In this document: in pieces, positions 51,764-61,650 of the stretch
Position numbering within the stretch: the first letter of the stretch is position 1
How the letters are laid out: the number at the start of each line of letters is the position of its first letter
NCBI GenBank assembly: GCA_963710375.1
Contig: CAVPZX010000008.1
Coordinates: 96,001-160,000 of the forward strand
Direction: 5' to 3'
From: Nitrospirota bacterium
Lineage (GTDB): Bacteria > Nitrospirota > Thermodesulfovibrionia > Thermodesulfovibrionales > Dissulfurispiraceae
DNA: 64,000 bases
The notes under the pieces: generated by a model
Databases searched by the model: none
Told to the model about the DNA's origin: nothing
The model's input: only the letters and a program-made list of their open reading frames with translations
Made by a program: the position numbers and the translations under genes

Positions 51764-53461
51764 TTAATCAGCATCGGCAATCTTAACCAGTGTCCCTTTT
51801 TTTGCGGCATAACGGAAAACAGTGATGCCCTTTGCCCCCTTTTCGTAGGCGAGGAGATAGGCCCGGGCAACATCCTCTTTTGTTGCCTTGTGTGGTAGGT
51901 TAATGGTCTTGGATACCGCATTATCGGTATATTCCTGGAAAGCCACCTGCATATCAATGTGGTCCTCATATGGTATTTCAAGGGCTGTCTTAAAAAGTTT
52001 TTTCACTCCTGATGGTATTTCCTTTATTCCCCTCAGATTCCCATTGCCCAACACTCTGCTCATTACGGCATCAGAATAGAACCCCTGCTTTTTTGCGATC
52101 TCAACAAAATACTTGTTTATCTCATAAAGTTCTGTATCAAGCACAAGCCTCTTGTAGGCAATGGCAAAGATAGGTTCAATACCGCTCGAACAGTCGGCAA
52201 TTGTAGAGATTGTACCAGTGGGAGCAACAGTAGTTGTCGTGGCGTTACGGACCTTCGGCATGCCGTCGGCATCGTATCTTGACCCCCTGAAGTTCGGGAA
52301 AGTGCCACGCTTCTCTGCAAGATAAACCGAGGCCTGACGCGCCGTGTCTTGTATAAACTTCATGACCATCCGGGCCAACTCAAAAGCCCTCCTGTGATCG
52401 TAAGGGATGCCCATTAGTATAAGCATATCAGCCCACCCCATAACGCCAAGTCCTATCTTTCTGTTTCCTTTATGCATTTTTTCGATTTCCGGCAAAGGAT
52501 ACCGGTTTGCATCGATGGAATCATCAAGAAATCGCACCGCAGTCTTAACCGAGTCGCCAAGAGACTCAAAATCTATTTTTCCTCCTGAAGCATAAAGTGA
52601 CAGATTTATTGAGCCGAGTACGCAGGCCTCAAATGGAAGCAGCGGCTGCTCTCCGCACGGATTAGTGCTTTCGAAAGCTCCGATAAGCGGCGTAGGGTTT
52701 GCCATGTTGATCCTGTCTATGAAGATCAGGCCAGGGTCCCCTGTTTCCCACGCGCTTTCAACAATCTCGTTAAAAACATCTTTTGCTCTGAGGCGGCCCG
52801 CTGTTGCACCTGAACGCGGATTGATCAGGTCATATTCGGCATCGCTCTTCAGCGCCCTGATAAATGCGTCCGTTATCGAAACAGAAATATTAAAGTTGGT
52901 CAATTCCCTGCTGTCCCGCTTGATCTTTATGAATTCAAGTATGTCGGGATGGTCCACGCGCAGCATCCCCATATTTGCGCCGCGCCTGGCTCCTCCCTGC
53001 TTTATCACCTCTGTAGCGGTATTGTATATCTTGATAAAAGAGACCGGACCGCTTGCAACCCCACCTGTAGACCTGACCATGTCCTTTCTAGGTCTTAATC
53101 GGGAAAAGGAGAAGCCGGTGCCGCCGCCGCTTTGAAGTATCAATGCAGCATTTTTAAGCGTATCAAAGATACTCTTCATCGAGTCTTCAACCGGCAAGAC
53201 GAAACAAGCGGCGAGCTGTCCCATGGGTTTTCCGGCGTTCATAAGCGTGGGAGAGTTAGGAAGAAATTTGAGCGATGTCATCAGCTCATAAAATTTATCC
53301 TCCCAGTACACGGCATCTTCACTGTAAAGCCTCTCTGCATCGGCCACGCAATGGGACACGCGTCTGAACATTTCTTCAGGGGTTTCGATAATGCGGGCCT
53401 TTTCGTCCTTGAGCAGATACCGCGCCTGCAGTACTTTTAAGGCGTTTTCCGATAATTGCAT
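51764..53461 (-). CDS. nrdJ: Class II (B12-dependent) ribonucleotide reductase, short form
   Basis: PNSPTLMNAG, LAACFV, RRGANM, TNPCGEQ, APTGTIS motifs. Confidence 0.93.
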   Translation of the reverse strand: MQLSENALKVLQARYLLKDEKARIIETPEEMFRRVSHCVADAERLYSEDAVYWEDKFYELMTSLKFLPNSPTLMNAGKPMGQLAACFVLPVEDSMKSIFDTLKNAALILQSGGGTGFSFSRLRPRKDMVRSTGGVASGPVSFIKIYNTATEVIKQGGARRGANMGMLRVDHPDILEFIKIKRDSRELTNFNISVSITDAFIRALKSDAEYDLINPRSGATAGRLRAKDVFNEIVESAWETGDPGLIFIDRINMANPTPLIGAFESTNPCGEQPLLPFEACVLGSINLSLYASGGKIDFESLGDSVKTAVRFLDDSIDANRYPLPEIEKMHKGNRKIGLGVMGWADMLILMGIPYDHRRAFELARMVMKFIQDTARQASVYLAEKRGTFPNFRGSRYDADGMPKVRNATTTTVAPTGTISTIADCSSGIEPIFAIAYKRLVLDTELYEINKYFVEIAKKQGFYSDAVMSRVLGNGNLRGIKEIPSGVKKLFKTALEIPYEDHIDMQVAFQEYTDNAVSKTINLPHKATKEDVARAYLLAYEKGAKGITVFRYAAKKGTLVKIADAD

Positions 53462-53485
53462 AAACAGATTATAATATAATACAAA

Positions 53486-54037
53486 ATGGATTTCATTAGT
53501 TTAATTAATAAATATTATCCTTCCGGCTCGCCGGCGTATTCCCTCTTACTTAAACACAGCAGGCTCGTCACACAAAAAGCGCTGCAGATAGCCGGCAGAG
53601 TCCGGTCGCTTGGTCCGGACCTAAGTTTTATTGAAGAGGCATCCATGCTCCATGACATAGGGATATTCCTGACAAACGCTCCGCACATAGGATGCTATGG
53701 CGACAAACCTTATATCTGTCATGGTTATCTCGGAAGAGAGATATTGGATGAGGAGGGACTGCCGGGACACGCAGTTGTATGCGAACGGCATGTCGGCGTC
53801 GGATTGACCGTAACAGATATTGAAACCGGCAATCTTCCACTTCCACTCAGAGACATGGCGCCGGTGACGCTGGAAGAAAAAATAATCTGTTTCGCTGATA
53901 AATTCTATTCAAAAGTAAAAGAAGATTCCGGGGATCAAAAGTCCATATCGCAGATCAGAAAGGAACTGCGGCGCCACGGCGAATCCAAGCTGCAACAGTT
54001 CGATGAGTGGCTCGTTTTTTTTAAAGAACCGTTATAA
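53486..54037 (+). CDS. HD-domain protein
   Basis: KHS...LHDIG...CHG...ERHVG...ADKFYSK motifs. Confidence 0.9.
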   Translation: MDFISLINKYYPSGSPAYSLLLKHSRLVTQKALQIAGRVRSLGPDLSFIEEASMLHDIGIFLTNAPHIGCYGDKPYICHGYLGREILDEEGLPGHAVVCERHVGVGLTVTDIETGNLPLPLRDMAPVTLEEKIICFADKFYSKVKEDSGDQKSISQIRKELRRHGESKLQQFDEWLVFFKEPL

Positions 54038-54287
54038 AGTGTGAAAGATAGGTCTTGACCTGTCGGTCGATGTCAGATTAAGTATTAGTTGCATTTTGTG
54101 CACCGCGTGTTTCTCGCCTATTGGATTATTATTTTGTTACTTCCCCAAAACCGCAGTTTCATTTCCCGCAACTATATGCGGGGTACGCGTGGAAATATGG
54201 CCCCGCGCACCTTCATCAATGTCTTCCCAGAACGATGTCCTCTACGAATGCGTCCGCGAACGCCCCTGCCCGCTTTCCTTGTGAAAC

Positions 54288-55458
54288 CTAAAACGTCGGG
54301 ACCGGCATTTTACCCCAGCCGGTTTCCTTCGGCAGATCCTTCAAAGTGATTAGCGTCAGATTATGGATATCCACATCCACCATAAACTGCGGGACCCTTT
54401 CAGCGTATATTGAAAAGAAATCGTATGGCTCACTGATTGTTCCATCTGTGACCTTTAGAAAAACCAGCCTTCTTACTACTCCTTTGTTCATGTCATGAGA
54501 TCCATGGTTGAGGACGGAATGGTGCCCTGATAAGTGACTGAAAGGGTGGAATATCCAATCGAGAAACCTGATTAAGGTAACGTGTCTCCTGTAAAGTCTC
54601 CACTCATCTCCCGTATCCGCGATCATTCCCTGCATGATGTAATCCACAGGCATGAAATAGACGAGATACTTCTCATTATCTTTCAATCTTGTCCCCACCT
54701 CTTTCATAGAAAGTATATCATTCATCCTGTGCTCCATTTTTTGAGTGTCTTCTGAAAGAAGCGCCAATGCCACTACGTTTGGACTTGTCCAGAGGGGAAG
54801 GTGCCTTATTGTATAGTTTCTCAGAGAAAAGGCTCCGCCGATCGTAAATGCGGCAATCAGAACAAACAGTGCAATCTTCCCTATGACCCCTGAAGGAGAC
54901 AAACGTCTTTCGATCTTCTTTGGCAGGAACATGCCTGTTCTTTCCATATACGCCCCGTAAGTCTCCGGATGCGCTTTCAGCATTCTCCTTTCTTCGTCTT
55001 TGGAAAGGAAATAATAGAGCACTATCATTACGAGCCAGAGGGGAACGACAAGGAATCTCGGCCACAGTATGGAAAGGCCTATGCCCGCCATGGCCAATCC
55101 GACATATTGGGGGTGCCTTACGATGGAGTAGAAACCTTTCAGGGCGGTTCCTTTTTTCAGGAACTTATTCGTATATACCTGCAATGCGCAGACTGATAAA
55201 CACTGCCGCGCCGGACACGAATAGAACTGAACCCATGATCCGTATGAACTTCAGGAAATCATCAGGAGGGATAACCATGTGCGGAAGGTAAAAAGCGCTC
55301 AGCCATTTTGTGGCAGGATACTTTACGGTTTCAAGGAGAAAAGGGTTGAACACGGAATAGAAAAACCCGGCAAAGGGGCTTATCATTATCAGGATTTCAA
55401 ACCCGACAATAAAGTAAAGCACGATTGCGCTATTTGATATAACCTTTATTTTATTCAT
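54288..55458 (-). pseudogene. ICMT/PEMT-like membrane methyltransferase family gene, +1 frameshift near 55194
   Basis: GFYSIVRHPQY...EERRM...Y motif in the second ORF. One extra base in TTT ATC A GTC TGC GCA TTG CAG separates the two ORFs. Confidence 0.75.
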
Positions 55459-55593
55459 AATAATACCTCCGAAAATTAATTGTTAAAACATGTCATCCGT
55501 AATCGAAACGTCAAATTAGGATGGGCATAATAATGCAGGCGTCCGTCCTCATTCTTCGGTTTAGATTATGCTTATTTTTTTGCGGATGTTGGG

Positions 55594-55941
55594 TTATGTG
55601 GAAAGAATGCGGACAGGTGGTCGTAAAAGCGGCTCCAAATGCACATCGTTTACTTGGACCGATTTAATGCCAGGAGCACGGTTTATGGGAGAAAGAATTT
55701 GAAATGTGTTATTGAGGTTGCTGATGTGGATCAAAAAAAAATGATTGATATTCGAAAGATTCTTTTTAATCTGATTCTGCGCATCCGGCGGGTGTGCCTC
55801 ATTCATAGGACAATGCCGGCATAGTGAGGAGTGGGAGGAGATAAAGACTGTCTTTGCCGCCCATCCATAGGGGCAGGTATTCTGCATAACAATGGCAGCC
55901 GCGATAAGAAATATTATAATCCGAATCATCGACATTCTCAA
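55594..55941 (-). CDS. Small exported protein with CxxC and C-terminal LRPP (DUF2946/CruR/CutF-like candidate)
   Basis: Hydrophobic N-terminus, CRHC, EPLLRPP near the end. Confidence 0.6.
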   Translation of the reverse strand: MRMSMIRIIIFLIAAAIVMQNTCPYGWAAKTVFISSHSSLCRHCPMNEAHPPDAQNQIKKNLSNINHFFLIHISNLNNTFQILSPINRAPGIKSVQVNDVHLEPLLRPPVRILST

Positions 55942-56126
55942 ATAATGACCCCGCTTATTCTGCGCCTAAACACGATAACACCACATCTGTCCCGCGAACA
56001 CCCACTGTCATCATTATCATACCAAAAATAAATACTTTTTATAAGCCATCCGAATTAATATAAAACATCACCAACAGCTCAGAGGCAGTATTGTTTTCCC
56101 AGAGCGAAGGTCTGCTCACTAGTGGG

Positions 56127-57407
56127 TCAGCGATGCAGCGCCCTCTCAACTGTCTTGATCGCGCAAAACTCCCCGCACATACTGCAAACTTCTTTCTCTG
56201 CCGGCGGCGCCTGGCTTCTCCAGGCCCTGACCTTCTCCGGGTTTAAACTTAACGATATCTGCCCTTCCCAGTCGAGGTTCTTTCTGAATCGCGCCATTTT
56301 CTTGTCTTTTTCAATAGCCCCAGGTACACCTTTGGCAATATCCGCTGCATGTGCGGCTATCTTTGATGCAATAACCCCTTCCCGCACATCTTCGATGTCA
56401 GGCAGCCTTATGTGCTCAGCAGGTGTCACGTAGCATAGGAAATCAGCGCCCGCAGCACCGGCAATAGCGCCCCCTATTGCCGCAGCGATGTGATCATACC
56501 CCATTGCGATATCCGTGACCAAAGGCCCCAGCACATAAAATGGCGCACCCTTGCATATCTCCTTCTGCAGCTTGACATTCAGTTCCACCTGGTTCAGCGG
56601 CACATGCCCCGGTCCTTCGATAATGGTCTGCACCCCGGCCTCAAGCGCCCTGTCCCTCAATTCTCCAAGCGTGACCAGTTCCTCAAGCTGGCTCCTGTCC
56701 GTAGCATCGGCAACGCAGCCGGGCCTGAACCCGTCTCCAAGGCTCAGGGTCAGGTCATATTTTTTCGCCATGTCCAGCAGACGGTCATACTGTTCGAAAA
56801 GCGGGTTCTCCTTATCATTATAAATCATCCACTCAAGCAGAAATGCGCCTCCCCTGCTCACCACATCAAGTATACGCTTGTCCTCTCTCAACCGTTGTAT
56901 GGCTTTCTGAGTAATACCACAATGGACAGTGATAAAATCAACACCATCCTTTGCGTGGCCCTCAATAACCTCGAAAAGGTCTTCAGGGTCCATTTTGGCA
57001 ATGTGGCCGCGTCTTTCAGCGGTCTTTACAATAGTTTCGTAGATTGGGACCGTGCCGACCGAAACAGAAGAGCGTTTGATAAGCATGTTCCTTAAATCCC
57101 GGATAGCGCCGCCGGTTGAAAGGTCCATCACCGCATCTGCACCGTGGCTTATCAGCACCTCCAGTTTTTGCAACTCATCATCATAAGACATCTTGTCCTT
57201 TGATGTGCCGATGTTTGCATTGACTTTCGTAAGCATCCCCCTGCCGATACCCAGAGGCGCAATCTCGTGAAAGACGTTCCGGGTAATTACAGAAAACCCT
57301 TCCGCAATATCACCGGCGAGTTTTTCAGGAGATAACGATTCTGCCGCAGCTACTGATTTTATCTCATCCGTGATGATGCCTTTTTTTGCAAGTTCAATTC
57401 GTGTCAT
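56127..57407 (-). CDS. thiC: Phosphomethylpyrimidine synthase
   Basis: KVNANIGTS, MDLSTGG, EGPGHVP, CYVTPAEH, CSMCGEFC motifs. Confidence 0.97.
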   Translation of the reverse strand: MTRIELAKKGIITDEIKSVAAAESLSPEKLAGDIAEGFSVITRNVFHEIAPLGIGRGMLTKVNANIGTSKDKMSYDDELQKLEVLISHGADAVMDLSTGGAIRDLRNMLIKRSSVSVGTVPIYETIVKTAERRGHIAKMDPEDLFEVIEGHAKDGVDFITVHCGITQKAIQRLREDKRILDVVSRGGAFLLEWMIYNDKENPLFEQYDRLLDMAKKYDLTLSLGDGFRPGCVADATDRSQLEELVTLGELRDRALEAGVQTIIEGPGHVPLNQVELNVKLQKEICKGAPFYVLGPLVTDIAMGYDHIAAAIGGAIAGAAGADFLCYVTPAEHIRLPDIEDVREGVIASKIAAHAADIAKGVPGAIEKDKKMARFRKNLDWEGQISLSLNPEKVRAWRSQAPPAEKEVCSMCGEFCAIKTVERALHR

Positions 57408-57446
57408 AATTCATCTCCTTACAGTCTTTAGCTACCCGTCACCCGT

Positions 57447-57632
57447 GTTCAGTGATAAGTATATATCTCCAGAGCGAATCGCGGAGTCTTGGTAACAGTT
57501 CTCGGCGAAGTGAGCGTAAAGCAGTCGCAATGTCTGAGCCCGAAGGGCGAGTTTTGCGACTGTAGTGAACAAGCCGTTAGAACTGTCAAGACGCAGCGTC
57601 TGAGCGTAAGAGATATATACTTATCGCTGAAC
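57447..57632 (+). mobile_element. MITE-like element, family A copy 1
   Basis: 23-bp inverted repeat (1 mismatch); core shared with 59461 and 61422 copies; right arm encodes the thiE C-terminus VQR*. Confidence 0.85.
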
Positions 57633-58268
57633 CACCGCATCTATCATTTGCAAATAATCTTTTGCAGCCATTTCCTTTTCAGCCGCACTCAATATGCCGG
57701 TTATCACTGCTATGCCGTGAGCACCTGACTTCATCACTGCATTTATTGTGTCGAGCTTAATTCCTCCGATACCGAAAACAGGAATACCAATTTCTCCGGC
57801 AACTTTATTCAGCGCCTCCAGTCCGACCGGCGCTCCATATTTCAACTTAGAAGGGGTTAGATAAACAGGACCGAAAGTTATAAAATCTGCCCCTTCCTTT
57901 TCAGCAAGGGACGCCTCTGTTAAATTATGGGTGGAAACGCCTATGGTAAAGCCTTCACCGGCTATCTTTCTGACTGCGTAGACAGGCATGCTTTCTTGCC
58001 CGAGATGTACACCGTCTGCTCCGGCACAAAGGGCTATATCAGTACGGTCATTTACAAAAAGCTTCGCGCCGTACTCAGCGGTCAGTTTTCTCATCCGGTA
58101 TCCCACATTAAGTAATTCCCTTGTCGGCAAATCCTTCTCCCTTAGCTGTACCGCCCTGACTCCAGCCTTCAGTGCGCCTTCGATGGCATCAAAAAAAACA
58201 TCCTCGTCAGGAAACAGTGTTCCGTCAGTGATCAAGTATAGCCTGAAATCTATTTTCACTTGGCCCAT
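57621..58268 (-). CDS. thiE: Thiamine-phosphate synthase
   Basis: LYLITD, QLREK, VND, GVHLG, STH, TPSK, IGGI motifs. Confidence 0.96.
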   Translation of the reverse strand: MGQVKIDFRLYLITDGTLFPDEDVFFDAIEGALKAGVRAVQLREKDLPTRELLNVGYRMRKLTAEYGAKLFVNDRTDIALCAGADGVHLGQESMPVYAVRKIAGEGFTIGVSTHNLTEASLAEKEGADFITFGPVYLTPSKLKYGAPVGLEALNKVAGEIGIPVFGIGGIKLDTINAVMKSGAHGIAVITGILSAAEKEMAAKDYLQMIDAVVQR

Positions 58269-58284
58269 TGACTATCGCCCGCCC

Positions 58285-59055
58285 TTAAAGCATCCCCTCC
58301 AGCGGGCTGCTCGCGGTTGCGTAAAGCTTTTTCCCCATTCTCCCTGCTTTATAAGCCAGCCGTCCGGCGATAACCGCATGCTTCATTGCAGCTGCCATTG
58401 CTACAGGGTCTTTGGCTGCTGCAATGGCAGTATTTATCAGCACCGCATCGCAGCCAAGCTCCATTGCGATCGTTGCATCGGAGGCGGTACCGACTCCCGC
58501 ATCGACCAGAACAGGGACTTTCGAGGCCTCGAGGATTATTTTTATGTTGTAGGGATTTCTAATACCCAGCCCCGAGCCTATCGGCGCTCCGAGCGGCATC
58601 ACTGCCGCAGCACCTGCATCTTCGAGCCGTCTTGCCATTATTGGGTCATCGTTAGTGTATGGGAATACAATGAAGCCCTCTTTTGCGAGTATTTCCGTTG
58701 CTTGTAAAAGCCCTATAGTATCGGGGAAGAGTGTTCGCTCATCGCCTATAACTTCGAGTTTGATCATATCGGATACGCCTGCTTCCCGGGCAAGCCGTGA
58801 ATACCTCAAGGCGTCATCAACGTTGTAGCATCCGGCAGTATTCGGCAGAATCTTGTATTTCTTAGGGTCAATGTAATCCAGAAGGTTCTCTGATTTCCTG
58901 TCAGTGATGTTCACCCTCCTCACTGAAACAGTCACCACATCAGCGCCTGAAGCTTCCACTGCTTTCACGGTTTCGGCAAAGTTTTTATATTTACCCGTAC
59001 CGATCCAGAGCCTCGATTTGAACTCGGTCCCTCTAATACTTAATATGTCATCCAC
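58285..59055 (-). CDS. thiG: Thiazole synthase (GTG start after GGAGG)
   Basis: [30 protein letters not shown] motifs. Confidence 0.97.
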   Translation of the reverse strand: MDDILSIRGTEFKSRLWIGTGKYKNFAETVKAVEASGADVVTVSVRRVNITDRKSENLLDYIDPKKYKILPNTAGCYNVDDALRYSRLAREAGVSDMIKLEVIGDERTLFPDTIGLLQATEILAKEGFIVFPYTNDDPIMARRLEDAGAAAVMPLGAPIGSGLGIRNPYNIKIILEASKVPVLVDAGVGTASDATIAMELGCDAVLINTAIAAAKDPVAMAAAMKHAVIAGRLAYKAGRMGKKLYATASSPLEGML

Positions 59056-59254
59056 GTGTGCCACCTCCGACAAAATTAACTATTTCCACAATATCTCCTT
59101 CGTGCAGCAGGTACCGTTCAAAGTCCATCCTCCTGAGCACTTTAAGGTTTACTTCAACAGCAACCCTTTCAGGCTTGATTTTCTTCTCCTGCAAAAGCTG
59201 CAACAGTGTCGCCGCCGCTGTATCGATTTCTTCACCGTTAACTTTAAGTCTCAT
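59048..59254 (-). CDS. thiS: Sulfur carrier protein ThiS
   Basis: [19 protein letters not shown] with a short C-terminal extension TRG. Confidence 0.94.
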   Translation of the reverse strand: MRLKVNGEEIDTAAATLLQLLQEKKIKPERVAVEVNLKVLRRMDFERYLLHEGDIVEIVNFVGGGTRG

Positions 59255-59290
59255 AAAAAAATCCTCTATCCCTGATGAAGGAATAGAGGA
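59255..59290 (-). terminator. Riboswitch expression platform: hairpin plus U-tract that also covers the thiS RBS
   Basis: tcctctattcc-ttcatca-gggatagagga, then a T-run directly before the ATG. Confidence 0.75.
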
Positions 59291-59311
59291 CCCGATAGCT
59301 GCGTGCCATGT

Positions 59312-59404
59312 TCCAATTTCCTACGCCAGAATTATCTGGATCAGGTTCAAGGGGTCTTTTCGCGCAAGCGGAAAACTCTCAGACCTAAGGCCTCCCCCAT
59401 GGTA
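59312..59404 (-). ncRNA. TPP riboswitch
   Basis: GGGGG..CTGAGA..GACCC.TTGAACCTGATCCAGATAAT.CTGGCGTAGG upstream of thiSGEC. Confidence 0.95.
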
Positions 59405-59411
59405 TATTTAC

Positions 59412-59441
59412 ACTATAGTATCAAAAAGCGACGTTTGTCAA
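59412..59441 (-). promoter_or_regulatory. Sigma70 promoter of the thi operon
   Basis: TTGACA-N18-TATAGT immediately upstream of the riboswitch. Confidence 0.65.
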
Positions 59442-59460
59442 TTAACTTTAACTTTATTTG

Positions 59461-59706
59461 CAATTCAGACAGTGTAATGAAGAATGTGTCTCTGAAGCGA
59501 ATCGCGGAGTCTTGGTAACAGTTCTAGGCGAAGTGAGCGTAAAGCAGGCGCAATGTCTGAGCCCAAAGGGACCGGGGTCCCCAAAAAGTCGAAGACTTTA
59601 TGGGGTGGCGGAAGAGTTTTGCTCCTGCAGCGAAAAAGCCGTTAGAACTGTCAAGACGGAGCGCCTGAGCGTAAGAGGCACATTCTTCATTACACTGTCT
59701 GGATTG
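59461..59706 (+). mobile_element. MITE-like element, family A copy 2 (with nested mini-hairpin)
   Basis: 33-bp inverted repeat (2 mismatches); core very similar to copy 1 plus a ~40-bp insert. Confidence 0.85.
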
Positions 59707-59715
59707 AAGGAACTG

Positions 59716-60501
59716 TCACGTAACGTGGACTATAACTCTATCGCCTTTTTTGATACCGTATTGCTCCGCTGCATTCCCTTTATTCACAAACAGCTCCAGA
59801 TACCCTGAACTGTTCACAAGACAACTCAGACTTTTTTCTCCAGCCTGGGCATAATACTTTACAGGCTGAATAATTGCATTATTAATCTCGACAACATAAT
59901 GACCGGCAAACGACGTCAGGTCAGCACCCGTGATGTTGGTTATAGCGTTGCCGAAACTGTTGACGTAAATGACCTGTCCGGAAATACCTCCGTGCGTAAC
60001 TTCGGACCGCGGAACAGGGAAAGTGCCAAAATCTTTGGCAGGCGGCCCGAATTCTCCGGGTGGCAAGCCTTTTGAAAGCCAGGCGCCGGCAGGCGCAAAC
60101 AAATCCCTGCCCTGAAATGTAGGGCTCGCATTTGAGCGCATGTATCTTTCTTCGGTGATATATACGCCCTTCACCGGCTGTGATAAACCGAGGATATGGG
60201 AAAACACTCCGTTGTCAGGCCCGACAAAATAAAAGCCCCCATTATCGAGGATAAGGGCTTTACGTCTGGAACCGACACCGGGATCGACAACTACGATATG
60301 GATAGTTCCAGATGGGAAATAGCCAAAGCTGGAACCTATGATGTATGCAGCCTCTTCAATGTCCTGCGGCTGTATCGAATGGGTTATGTCAACAATTATA
60401 GCGTGAGGATTTATAGATAAAATGACGCCCTTCATTTCAGCTACAAATGGGTCTTTATAACCGAAATCAGTGGTCAGCGTTATGATTCGATTAAGAGTCA
60501 T
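59716..60501 (-). CDS. SAM hydroxide adenosyltransferase / chlorinase-fluorinase family (DUF62)
   Basis: [34 protein letters not shown] motifs. Confidence 0.92.
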   Translation of the reverse strand: MTLNRIITLTTDFGYKDPFVAEMKGVILSINPHAIIVDITHSIQPQDIEEAAYIIGSSFGYFPSGTIHIVVVDPGVGSRRKALILDNGGFYFVGPDNGVFSHILGLSQPVKGVYITEERYMRSNASPTFQGRDLFAPAGAWLSKGLPPGEFGPPAKDFGTFPVPRSEVTHGGISGQVIYVNSFGNAITNITGADLTSFAGHYVVEINNAIIQPVKYYAQAGEKSLSCLVNSSGYLELFVNKGNAAEQYGIKKGDRVIVHVT

Positions 60502-61411
60502 TAGGCGTCAGGCTTCCGATTATACTATTAATATCAGAAATATTTTCTTCGATAAGAAATTTTTCTATCCCTTCGATTATCTCAACCGCAGCAGCAGGAT
60601 TGACAAAGTTTGCTGTCCCGACAGCAACCGCCCTTGCACCGGCAATCAAAAATTCCAGCGCATCGCCGGCAGTCATGACTCCTCCCATACCGATAACCGG
60701 GATGCTGACCGCCTTGCAAGTCTCCCATACCATGCGAACAGCGATAGGTCTTATGGCCGGTCCTGAAAGCCCTCCGGTATTATTTGCGAGTACAGGTTTC
60801 CGCTTCCTGATATCCACAACCATGCCGGTTATCGTATTAATTACTGATAAGGCATCGGCACCGGCATCTTCCGCCACTTTTGCCATAAGGCCGATATCAG
60901 TGACATTTGGCGAGAGCTTGACGATCAATGGGAGACTGGTGGCTTTTCTGACTTTGCCGACAACGTCGGCCATTATTTTCGGATCTGTGCCGAATACTAT
61001 CCATCCTTCCTGTTTATTTGGGCAGGATATATTCATCTCAAGGGCGTGAACCCCATCCTCGGCGCTCAATTCTTCAGCAGCCCTGACATACTCCTGGACA
61101 GTATCCCCGAAAAAATTGGCAATCACCAGCGTATCGAATTGCTTCAGGAAAGGGAGTTTGTCTTTAATGAAGGCTCTGACTCCTATATTTTGAAGACCTA
61201 TTGCATTGAGCATGCCCGCAGGAGTCTCGACAACCCGGGGCGTAGGATTCCCATCACGGGGCGTAACAGAGAGTCCTTTAACCACAATTGCGCCAAGCCT
61301 GTTTAAATCTATATATTCCGAGTACTCCTCTCCATAGCCGAACGTCCCCGAGGCCGTCATCACCGGGTTTTTCAGTTTCAGAGAGGCAATAGTTACCGAC
61401 AGGTTCACCAT
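60491..61411 (-). CDS. pyrD: Dihydroorotate dehydrogenase 1B, catalytic subunit
   Basis: ASGTFG, NAIGLQN, NISCPN, KLSPN, GGLSG motifs. Confidence 0.96.
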   Translation of the reverse strand: MVNLSVTIASLKLKNPVMTASGTFGYGEEYSEYIDLNRLGAIVVKGLSVTPRDGNPTPRVVETPAGMLNAIGLQNIGVRAFIKDKLPFLKQFDTLVIANFFGDTVQEYVRAAEELSAEDGVHALEMNISCPNKQEGWIVFGTDPKIMADVVGKVRKATSLPLIVKLSPNVTDIGLMAKVAEDAGADALSVINTITGMVVDIRKRKPVLANNTGGLSGPAIRPIAVRMVWETCKAVSIPVIGMGGVMTAGDALEFLIAGARAVAVGTANFVNPAAAVEIIEGIEKFLIEENISDINSIIGSLTPNDS

Positions 61412-61421
61412 ATAATATCCA

Positions 61422-61650
61422 ATTGCAATTCAGACAGTATATAAATCTCTGAAGCATTAGCGGAGTTTTGGAAACAATTCTCGGCGAGTGAGCGTGAAAG
61501 TCCGGGGTCCCCAAAAGTCACAGACTTTTTGGGGTGGCGGTCAGGAGCGAAACTGACCGAAGGGAATTTTGCGACTGTAGCGAAACGAGTCGTTAGAACT
61601 GTCAAAACGGAGCGTAGCGAAAGAGATTCATACGCTGTCTGAATTGCAAT
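61422..61650 (+). mobile_element. MITE-like element, family A copy 3, with a 15-16-bp flanking direct repeat
   Basis: 29-bp inverted repeat (3 mismatches); tcaccatataatatcc at 61405-61420 and 61650-61665. Confidence 0.85.

Noticed and set aside
53462..53485. NrdR box upstream of nrdJ
   Set aside because: AT-rich, but does not fit the ACACWATATATTGTG-type palindrome.
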